Source of the DNA: an uncultured Bdellovibrionales bacterium
Lineage (GTDB): Bacteria; Pseudomonadota; Alphaproteobacteria; Micavibrionales; SZUA-601
Direction: 5' to 3'
NCBI GenBank assembly: GCA_964426595.1
Contig: CAYRRF010000001.1
Coordinates: 16,553 to 41,408 of the forward strand
Length of the DNA: 24,856 nt
Shown here piece by piece: positions 8,137-14,874 of this stretch. Under the pieces are notes generated by a model that was not told the DNA's origin, searched no databases, and saw only the letters and a list, made by a program, of their open reading frames with translations. The translations under genes and the position numbers were made by a program. The stretch's first letter is position 1. Each line of letters begins with the position of its first letter.

Positions 8137-8751
8137 TTGCCACCTAAAAAACCTGCTCCCCCTGCAAAGAAGAAAACGTCCGCTCCGGCAAAATCGACGC
8201 CTGCTAAAAAGGCAACGCCCGCGGCCAAAGCGACAGCTCCGGCGAAGAAAGCGCCCTCCAAGCCCATTCAGGTGATTAAAGCGGTCATGCAAAAGATTGC
8301 CTCGCCGCAAAAAGATATTTTGCCCAATACCACCATCGTTCCGCATAACTATGAGCCGACCGACAAAGAAGATTTCATGAACCCGGTAATGCGCGAATAT
8401 TTCCGCCGCCGCTTGCTCGAGTGGCGTGATGAGCTGCTGCGTGAGTCGGAAGAGACCCTGCACAACCTTCATGAAGAAGGTAATATGCAGAAACCGGACA
8501 TCACGGACCGCGCGTCCGAAGAAACGGATCTGGCGATCGAGTTTCGTACCCGTGACCGTGAGCGTAAACTGTTGAACAAAATCAACGAAGCAATCGATCG
8601 TATCGAGGACGGAACCTATGGTTTTTGTGAAGAAACCGGCGACCCGATCCCTGTCAAACGCCTGATTGCGCGGCCGACGGCCACTATGACTCTGGAAGCG
8701 CAAGAGCTGCACGAGCGCCGTGAGCGCACCCAGCGCGACCATTCGGAGTAA
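8137..8751 (+). CDS. dksA: RNA polymerase-binding factor DksA with Lys/Ala/Pro-rich N-terminal extension
   Basis: DITDRASEE coiled-coil tip, RDRERKLLNKI..AI.RIEDGTYGFCEETG and RLIARPTA motifs. TTG 8137 is in frame 7 nt after GAGGAG. Confidence 0.95.
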   Translation: MPPKKPAPPAKKKTSAPAKSTPAKKATPAAKATAPAKKAPSKPIQVIKAVMQKIASPQKDILPNTTIVPHNYEPTDKEDFMNPVMREYFRRRLLEWRDELLRESEETLHNLHEEGNMQKPDITDRASEETDLAIEFRTRDRERKLLNKINEAIDRIEDGTYGFCEETGDPIPVKRLIARPTATMTLEAQELHERRERTQRDHSE

Positions 8752-8765
8752 TCCAAAAGCAGTAC

Positions 8766-8798
8766 AAAAAAAGACCGGCGGATATAAAGTCCGCCGGT
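8766..8798. terminator. Intrinsic terminator between convergent dksA and flgH, probably bidirectional
   Basis: 9-bp stem ACCGGCGGA/TCCGCCGGT with a 7-nt loop. A7 at 8766-8772 gives the U-tract for the minus strand, and T-rich sequence follows on the plus strand. Confidence 0.85.
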
Positions 8799-8825
8799 AA
8801 GTTTATTCTTCAGGATGGAAGAGTG

Positions 8826-9581
8826 TTAGAAAGGCAGTAAGATGTCCATGAGCTCGTTGCCGTAGCGTGGACGGTTTGCATCGGTGATCATGCCGGCGCC
8901 GCCGTAGCTGATGCGCGCTTCAGCAATTTTCTCGTAACTGATGCTGTTATTCGTTGTAATATCTTCGGGTCGGATGATACCGGCGACTTCCAAGTCACGA
9001 CGCTCATTGCTGACACGTACCTGTTGACGACCATGGATAACCATGTTGCCGTTGGGAAGGATTTGAGTAACCACAGCGGCTACTTTCAAGTCAACTTCTT
9101 CCTTGCGTTCGATTTTGCCTTTACCGGTATCGCTGGTCGAACCGCTTGTGCTGACCAAGCTGCTGGGGTCGGTGGCTTCAGGAAGAACTTTGCTCAATTT
9201 ACCTTCTAAACCGAACATGTTGGGCATGCCCATGGCTTCGCTGGAATCTTTGGTTTTTTCCGATTTGTTTTCCAGCTTGGCCGTATCGGCAATGCTGACC
9301 ATGACGGTAAGAATGTCGCCAACCTGTCCGGCGCGTTGATCTTTGAAGAACGACTTACGGCCTGACATCCATAGCGAGTTGGCTTGTTTGGTTTCCAGAC
9401 GGTCGGCAGGCATTGGCATGCTTACCGGATGATAATTGGATTGAAGAACAGGGTTTTCAATGGCTGCCATTTTGGGATCCTGACCGACGCTGGACAGGCG
9501 ATCCATCGTGGTGCCACAGCCGGTCAAGCTGAGGATGAGGGCGACCCCCAGAAGCGTGTGTGTACAAGCGCGGATATTCAT
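8826..9581 (-). CDS. flgH: Flagellar L-ring lipoprotein
   Basis: Lipobox LSLTGC, FFKDQRA..VGDILTV, LPNGNMVIHGRQQVRV and EARISYGG motifs. Start at ATG 9581 with AGGAG SD. Confidence 0.97.
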   Translation of the reverse strand: MNIRACTHTLLGVALILSLTGCGTTMDRLSSVGQDPKMAAIENPVLQSNYHPVSMPMPADRLETKQANSLWMSGRKSFFKDQRAGQVGDILTVMVSIADTAKLENKSEKTKDSSEAMGMPNMFGLEGKLSKVLPEATDPSSLVSTSGSTSDTGKGKIERKEEVDLKVAAVVTQILPNGNMVIHGRQQVRVSNERRDLEVAGIIRPEDITTNNSISYEKIAEARISYGGAGMITDANRPRYGNELMDILLPF

Positions 9582-9598
9582 GGTGTGTCTCCTCACGA

Positions 9599-10300
9599 TT
9601 AGCTATTGGTTTCGACGATGGCTTCGGCCTGCGATGGGCCGGTAACGATCGCCTGGAAGGGTTTTTTGCTGGTCAAATTCATCAATGTGATCACATCGCC
9701 GTTCGAGGCGTTATCCATGGAACGGGCTTTGGTCGATAGATTGATCACGCCGTTTTTATAGCTGACCGTAATCAATTCATTGCGTTTAACCAAAAGAGGC
9801 GGGGTAATATCCGCTTGTTGCAGCGCTTGGCCTGCCAGAACCGTATGGCGCGTGACCATGCCGATCAAGTCTTCTTTTTTCAGAAGTGTCGTGGCTTGCA
9901 AAGCGTCACGGGCTACCGGAATTTCCGTCAGATCGCTGGCGCTGATGATGCTGTTGGGGGCCATCGGTGTTGCAAAAGCCGGTACCATGACGCTGGTAGG
10001 ATCGACATTTGGCACCAGTGATACACTGACGGGGCCTGCAGGTGCTTGCCAGTTCAGATGAAAATACGAGGCCACGCGTTGCAGATCTGCTTTGGATAAA
10101 ATCAGCGGTTTCAGGCGGGTCGGTGCAGGGGCAAGGACGTAAGCGGCATTTTCACCGGCATTCGTGAAAAGATCGCCTACCGTAACGTTCGCACCGTCAA
10201 TGGTGGTTTTGCCTGTCAGGGCGCTGGGCACGGCGTCGGCCGCAAAGCCGTTGCCGCACAGTCCCAGAAAGGCCAGAGTAAGTGAGATGTTACGTAGCAT
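9599..10300 (-). CDS. flgA: P-ring formation chaperone
   Basis: Signal peptide, SAF-like region and C-terminal PLLVKRNELITV...LSTKARSMDNASNGDVITLMNLTSKK. Lies between flgG and flgH. Confidence 0.9.
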   Translation of the reverse strand: MLRNISLTLAFLGLCGNGFAADAVPSALTGKTTIDGANVTVGDLFTNAGENAAYVLAPAPTRLKPLILSKADLQRVASYFHLNWQAPAGPVSVSLVPNVDPTSVMVPAFATPMAPNSIISASDLTEIPVARDALQATTLLKKEDLIGMVTRHTVLAGQALQQADITPPLLVKRNELITVSYKNGVINLSTKARSMDNASNGDVITLMNLTSKKPFQAIVTGPSQAEAIVETNS

Positions 10301-10315
10301 TTTTACAATCCTCTA

Positions 10316-11104
10316 TTAACGCATGTTACTGATGACGCCGAGCATATCATCGCTGGTTTTGATGACTTTCGAGTTCATTTCATAGGCACGTTGCGCGCTG
10401 ATCATCTTGGTCATTTCGTTGACGATATTGACGTTGGATGTTTCAAGAGCACCTTGTTGAATACCGCCGAAACCTTCGGCGCCAGGAATGCCTTCGACAG
10501 GGCTGCCGGAAGCCGGTGTTTCGCGCAACAGGTTTTTGCCCAAAGCCTCAAGGCCGTTCGGGTTGATGAATTTTGCCAGGTTAAGCTGACCGATATTTTG
10601 TGGGGTAATCTGTCCATCCAGTTTGACCCACACTTCACCGTTGTTGTTGACGGTGATCTGCGTTGCAGTCGGAGGAATAGTGATACCGGGGTTAAGCTGA
10701 TACCCTTCTTTGGTAACGATCAAGCCGTCGCCATTTAGCTGGAAACCACCATCACGCGTATAGCTGGTGGTGCCGTCTGGCATTTGGATCTGGAAGAAGC
10801 CGTCACCATTCACAGCCAGGTCCAACTGGCCATCGGTAATATCCATGGCGCCTTGTGTGTAGCTGCGGGCGATTGAATCCAGACGAACACCCGAACCAAG
10901 TTGCAAACCGCTAGGCAGCAAGGTGTTCGTGTCCGAGCTGCTGGCTCCGGGCGTGCGCAGGTTCTGATAGAGCAAATCCTGGAATTCGGCACGCTGGCGC
11001 TTAAAGCCTGTGGTGGTCATGTTGGCGATGTTGTTGGAAATGGTCTCAACGTTCATCTGTTGAGCGTACATACCGGTGGCACCGATTGAGAGGGAACGCA
11101 TCAT
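10316..11104 (-). CDS. flgG: Flagellar distal rod protein
   Basis: MMRSLSIGATGM.AQQ.NVETISNNIAN..TTGFK, YTRDGGF and LETSNVNIVNEM..MI.AQRAYEMNSK motifs; 262 aa. Confidence 0.98.
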   Translation of the reverse strand: MMRSLSIGATGMYAQQMNVETISNNIANMTTTGFKRQRAEFQDLLYQNLRTPGASSSDTNTLLPSGLQLGSGVRLDSIARSYTQGAMDITDGQLDLAVNGDGFFQIQMPDGTTSYTRDGGFQLNGDGLIVTKEGYQLNPGITIPPTATQITVNNNGEVWVKLDGQITPQNIGQLNLAKFINPNGLEALGKNLLRETPASGSPVEGIPGAEGFGGIQQGALETSNVNIVNEMTKMISAQRAYEMNSKVIKTSDDMLGVISNMR

Positions 11105-11115
11105 TGTATATCTCC

Positions 11116-11259
11116 TTAGGCAGCAAGGGTAGAAGAGGTTGTAGGTGTCAGCTTGTTCTTGGAACGACAGCTGGCAGGATGGTTATTCAAGATTAATTGG
11201 CGCGTGTCTTTAGCAGACAGACCTGATTTTGTGGGTTTTGCTTTGGCTGTTTTTTTCAT
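11116..11259 (-). CDS. Small Lys-rich protein, 47 aa (MKKTAKAKPTKSGLSAKDTRQLILNNHPASCRSKNKLTPTTSSTLAA)
   Basis: Below the ORF-track cutoff; translated by hand. The SD TAAGGAG overlaps the flgF stop, 6 nt before ATG. Its own TAA forms the TAAGGAG SD of flgG. Confidence 0.6.
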   Translation of the reverse strand: MKKTAKAKPTKSGLSAKDTRQLILNNHPASCRSKNKLTPTTSSTLAA

Positions 11260-11269
11260 GGCAAACTCC

Positions 11270-11992
11270 TTACATACGGCTTAAACGTTGGATCATGCTG
11301 CTTTCCAGATCAGTGCCCTTTTGCATGAGCTGGGCGGCTGATTCATAGCTGCGCATGACTTCGATCATATCGGTCATCTCCAATACGGCATTGACGTTCG
11401 AGCCTTCTAAAAGGCCTTGGTTGACGCTGGTTTTGCCGTTATCGGGAATGGGATCTTGTTTGGTTTCGTACAGGCTGTTGCCAACCGGTGTGATATCCAA
11501 AGGGTTTTCAAAGCGTACAACTTGTAATTGGCCAACACTGCCTTGCTCGGTCGATACGGTACCGTCTTTGGCAATGCGTACTTCCTTGGCTTCGCTGGGA
11601 ATGGCAATCGGTTGACCGCTGGAATTCACATACGGCATGCCGCTGCTATTTATCAGCTGGCCCAGATTATTTTTCTGCATACTGCCATTGCGTGTGAATT
11701 TGATATTACCTTCTGGGTCCTGTACGGCCAAAAAGCCATGACCTTCCAAAGCGACATCCAAAGGGTTGCCGGTTTGCTGGATCGGTCCGGGGTTGAAATC
11801 ACGGTAATTGCCCCGCTCCAATACCATTGAAAGAGGCTTGTCGCTGTTTTTGCTGACGACTTGTTCGCCAAAAAGCACATGCCCGGCTTTAAAGCCAGTG
11901 GTGTCGACGTTCGCAATGTTGTTGGCAATCATATCCATCTTGCGCTGAAGCGCCATCTGATGGCTGAGCCCGACATAGAGTGTGTTTTCCAT
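11270..11992 (-). CDS. flgF: Flagellar proximal rod protein
   Basis: MENTLYVGLSHQMALQRKMDMIANNIANVDTTGFK, TGNPLDVALEG.GF and LEGSNVNAVLEM motifs. Start moved from 12319 to ATG 11992 (AAGGAG SD). Confidence 0.96.
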   Translation of the reverse strand: MENTLYVGLSHQMALQRKMDMIANNIANVDTTGFKAGHVLFGEQVVSKNSDKPLSMVLERGNYRDFNPGPIQQTGNPLDVALEGHGFLAVQDPEGNIKFTRNGSMQKNNLGQLINSSGMPYVNSSGQPIAIPSEAKEVRIAKDGTVSTEQGSVGQLQVVRFENPLDITPVGNSLYETKQDPIPDNGKTSVNQGLLEGSNVNAVLEMTDMIEVMRSYESAAQLMQKGTDLESSMIQRLSRM

Positions 11993-12042
11993 CCTTATTC
12001 TCCTTCTAAGGGGTTGACCCCATTTATTTCTGTCCTTGGAAG

Positions 12043-12058
12043 TGCAAGAAGCATGCCA
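12043..12058 (-). promoter_or_regulatory. Sigma54 promoter of the flgF-sORF-flgG-flgA-flgH operon
   Basis: The minus strand reads TGGCATGCTTCTTGCA, a full match to TGGCAYG-N4-TTGCW. Confidence 0.9.
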
Positions 12059-12092
12059 AATGGCCGGCAGGGCTGTTGGAGGCGCTTTTTTC

Positions 12093-12121
12093 TTGCTTTT
12101 GGGGTCATACCATCGTATGGT
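12093..12121 (+). promoter_or_regulatory. Candidate sigma70 promoter of XRE-metK-trmB with an overlapping palindrome
   Basis: TTGCTT-N17-TATGGT. The palindrome ACCAT-CGT-ATGGT (12109-12121) covers the -10 element. Confidence 0.45.
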
Positions 12122-12131
12122 TGCAGGTATT

Positions 12132-12545
12132 ATGACTGAACCCATTGTAAAAAAAGGAAAAGCCACCGACCTAAGCAAGCATATTGCCGAGGTATTGATG
12201 CGCTTTCGCAACCATAAGCAGTTAAGCCAACGGCATATCGCCGACCTGATTGGCGTCAGTTTCCAGCAATACCAGAAGTATGAACGCGGCAAGGACCGAC
12301 TTTCCCTGGAACGGGCCATACTGTTATGCGAGCGCCTGGGGATGCCTTTGACGATGTTTTCGGGCGAGCCGGCGCCGCATCTGGCGGGATTTGCCGAAGA
12401 ACCTCAAACAGCCTACGGGCGTGTGGCCCCGCTGAGCGACGACGAAGAGGCGGTTTTGGCTATTTTTCGTCAGTTGCCGGTCAAATCCCGAAAAGATTTC
12501 ATTGAAATGATCAAACCAATCGCCAAAATGGTTGCAGACAAGTAA
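12132..12545 (+). CDS. XRE-family HTH transcriptional regulator
   Basis: [30 protein letters not shown] is the Cro/C1 HTH of the alphaproteobacterial SFQQ-QKYE type. Start moved from 12036 to ATG 12132. Confidence 0.9.
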   Translation: MTEPIVKKGKATDLSKHIAEVLMRFRNHKQLSQRHIADLIGVSFQQYQKYERGKDRLSLERAILLCERLGMPLTMFSGEPAPHLAGFAEEPQTAYGRVAPLSDDEEAVLAIFRQLPVKSRKDFIEMIKPIAKMVADK

Positions 12546-12561
12546 CCAAAGGCCCATCTTT

Positions 12562-13719
12562 ATGAAAGACTATATTTTTGCAAGTGAGTCCGTTGCCGAG
12601 GGGCATCCGGATAAAATCTGTGACCAGCTTTCCGATACGATATTGGATGCGTACTTAGCCAAAGACCCCTATCAGCGTGTTGCGATTGAGTGCCTTGCGA
12701 CGACGAATTTCGTCGTGGTTGCCGGCGAGGTTAAAGGTAAAACGGCCTTGACCGAAAAAGATGTCGATCAACTGGTGCGAAATAAGATCGCAGCGATTGG
12801 TTACAAGCAAGAAGGTTTCGACTGGCAGAAATTGACGGTCATTAATCGTATTCATGCCCAGTCATCCGATATTGCGCGCGGCGTGGACAATCCCGAAGAA
12901 GGGGCCGGCGATCAGGGGATGATGTTCGGCTATGCCTGCCGTGAAACGCCGGAATTGATGCCCGCGCCCATTCACTATGCGCACCAAATCATGAAGGCCC
13001 TAGCGGACGATCGTCGGGCCGGAACTTTAGATATGCTGGGTCCGGATGCTAAAAGCCAGCTCAGTGTTATTTATCGTGATGGCAAGCCGGTGGGAACGCA
13101 CTCGATTGTTGTTTCAACCCAGCACCGCGAAGGATTATCCCAGGAAGATGTGCGTGCCATCGTGCGTCCGTATGTAGAACGTATCTTGCCTAAAGGCTGG
13201 ATGTGTCCCGAGGATCGTTTCTTTGTCAATCCGACCGGCCAGTTCATTATTGGCGGACCGGATGGAGATACAGGGCTGACGGGCCGCAAAATTATTGTGG
13301 ATACGTATGGCGGGGCCGCTCCGCATGGTGGAGGCGCTTTTTCCGGTAAAGACCCGACGAAAGTCGACCGTTCGGCGGCGTATGCGGCGCGGTACATCGC
13401 CAAAAACATTGTGGCCGCCGGCTTTGCCGAGCGTTGCACCTTTCAGGTAGCCTATGCGATCGGTGTGGCGCGTCCCGTATCGTTATTTATCGATACGCAC
13501 GGCACAGGGCAGGTGGATGAAGAAAAATTGTTACAGGTTATACCCGAGATTGTCGATCTGACACCGCGTGGCATTCGCACGCATCTGGGATTGAACAAGC
13601 CGATCTATGCGCGTACCGCCGCCTATGGCCACTTTGGACGAGCGCCAGAACAAGACGGCGGCTTTAGCTGGGAAAAAACGGATCTGGTTTCCGCCCTGAA
13701 AGGCGCGTTGCGTGCGTGA
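12562..13719 (+). CDS. metK: S-adenosylmethionine synthetase
   Basis: [35 protein letters not shown] and [15 protein letters not shown] motifs. Start moved to ATG 12562. Confidence 0.98.
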   Translation: MKDYIFASESVAEGHPDKICDQLSDTILDAYLAKDPYQRVAIECLATTNFVVVAGEVKGKTALTEKDVDQLVRNKIAAIGYKQEGFDWQKLTVINRIHAQSSDIARGVDNPEEGAGDQGMMFGYACRETPELMPAPIHYAHQIMKALADDRRAGTLDMLGPDAKSQLSVIYRDGKPVGTHSIVVSTQHREGLSQEDVRAIVRPYVERILPKGWMCPEDRFFVNPTGQFIIGGPDGDTGLTGRKIIVDTYGGAAPHGGGAFSGKDPTKVDRSAAYAARYIAKNIVAAGFAERCTFQVAYAIGVARPVSLFIDTHGTGQVDEEKLLQVIPEIVDLTPRGIRTHLGLNKPIYARTAAYGHFGRAPEQDGGFSWEKTDLVSALKGALRA

Positions 13720-14359
13720 ACAAGGCCATTTTTATGGCCGTCGAAAAGGCAAGCCGCTCCGCGCAACCCGTAGCAAAATGCTGGAAGAAAGCCCTTATCT
13801 GTTGCGCGAAGGCGGCGCTGTGGATTTCTTATCGGGTTATAAGAAGCATACGCTTGAAATTGGTTTCGGCAATGGCGAGCATCTGGTCGCGCAGGCCCAA
13901 GCCCATCCCGAGACAGGCTTTATCGGCTGCGAGGCTTTTATCAACGGGGTAACAGCCTGCCTGCAACAGATCACCACCAGCAATATCCGCCTTTGGTCCG
14001 ATGATGCATTGCTCCTGCTTCAAGATCTTTCACAAGAATCCTTTGATCGCATTTATATTCTATTTCCCGATCCCTGGCCCAAGACACGCCATCATAAACG
14101 TCGTTTTATCCAACACGATACGGTGGAGCTGCTGGCGGGATTGCTAAAGCCTGCAGGGCTGCTGCGTATGGCCACAGACGATCACAATCTAGCGCAATGG
14201 ATGTTATTACATACCGTACAAAATCCGGCCATGCGGTGGACGACAGTTGAAAATGCTGAATGGAGAACACCGCCTCAGGACTGGGTCGAAACGCGGTATC
14301 AGCAAAAAGCGCTCGCGCAAGGACGCACGGCGTATTTTATTGATGCTGTAAAAAATTAG
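13712..14359 (+). CDS. trmB: tRNA (guanine-N7)-methyltransferase
   Basis: [34 protein letters not shown] and TRYQQKA motifs. The GTG start overlaps the metK end by 8 nt. Confidence 0.96.
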   Translation: MREQGHFYGRRKGKPLRATRSKMLEESPYLLREGGAVDFLSGYKKHTLEIGFGNGEHLVAQAQAHPETGFIGCEAFINGVTACLQQITTSNIRLWSDDALLLLQDLSQESFDRIYILFPDPWPKTRHHKRRFIQHDTVELLAGLLKPAGLLRMATDDHNLAQWMLLHTVQNPAMRWTTVENAEWRTPPQDWVETRYQQKALAQGRTAYFIDAVKN

Positions 14360-14763
14360 AAAGTGGCGCTGGTGGTTGCTTCGGAATAGGCCGGAGTTTC
14401 GGCAACGGTATCTGGACGCAGACCCGCCATGATGTTGCGGTTTACTTCGATCAAGGCATCCAGATCGCTCAGGCTGTCGATAACGGCATGCGTTTCACGC
14501 TCCACCCAGATAGACAAGGAAAGCAACGAAGCGCGCAGATCGCGTGGCAGGCGGTTATCATCGCTCAACAGGTCAACACGGAAAGCCGACCATATACGGC
14601 TATTCCACAGAACGGCATCTATTTTTGCTTTTAAATCTTGGGGGTTGTCACGGGCGTTCATCATCGCGGCCGTCACTTGCGCCAGCAAGCGATACTCGAC
14701 ATCGCGCGGGTCGTCCATCTTGTTCTGAACTGTTTTGTACGCGTTGTAACCGGTGGTAGGCAT
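14356..14763 (-). CDS. flaF: Flagellar biosynthesis regulator FlaF
   Basis: AY...Q..MDDPRDVEYRLL, WN.RIWS.F..DL....NRLP.DLRASLLSLSIWV and LIEVNRNIMAGL motifs. Confidence 0.92.
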   Translation of the reverse strand: MPTTGYNAYKTVQNKMDDPRDVEYRLLAQVTAAMMNARDNPQDLKAKIDAVLWNSRIWSAFRVDLLSDDNRLPRDLRASLLSLSIWVERETHAVIDSLSDLDALIEVNRNIMAGLRPDTVAETPAYSEATTSATF

Positions 14764-14787
14764 TTTTTAATCCTGGTCCTTAGTCTG

Positions 14788-14819
14788 ATTGTAACGGGAA
14801 GCTGTTAATTTTTATTGAA
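14788..14819 (-). promoter_or_regulatory. Candidate CtrA-dependent promoter of flaF
   Basis: The minus strand reads TTCA-N7-TTAAC (one mismatch to TTAA-N7-TTAAC), then N10, then TACAAT. Confidence 0.55.
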
Positions 14820-14833
14820 AATCCCTAGGGAAA

Positions 14834-14862
14834 GGGAGGGGTAGCCTCTCAGCGCCCCTCCC
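14834..14862 (-). terminator. GC-rich hairpin just after flgE, likely a terminator or stabilising stem
   Basis: 8-bp stem GGGAGGGG/CCCCTCCC with a 13-nt loop, 12 nt past the flgE stop. Only a short U3 follows on the minus strand. Confidence 0.6.
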
Positions 14863-14874
14863 GCCCTATGTGGA

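Noticed and set aside
7999-8742. 247-aa antisense ORF over dksA; likewise 1316..2035, 6413..6958 and 18160..18762
   Set aside because: They lie exactly opposite well-supported genes, have no SD or family motif, and are explained by codon bias.
7676-8826. fliX-dksA linkage inside the flagellar cluster as a novelty
   Set aside because: To my knowledge the flgI-fliX-dksA neighbourhood is widespread in alphaproteobacteria.
11993-12319. Apparent 109-aa N-terminal extension of FlgF
   Set aside because: It crosses the sigma54 promoter and the XRE gene; ATG 11992 has the SD and the canonical N-terminus.
12546-12561. SAM or SAM-SAH riboswitch before metK
   Set aside because: Only 16 nt separate the XRE stop from the metK start, and I recognised no motif.
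14770-14862. TPP riboswitch, prompted by GGGG..CTGAGA..ACCC on the minus strand
   Set aside because: The downstream CCTGAT/TAAT/GCGTAGGGA core is absent and the gene context is unrelated; a plain hairpin explains it.
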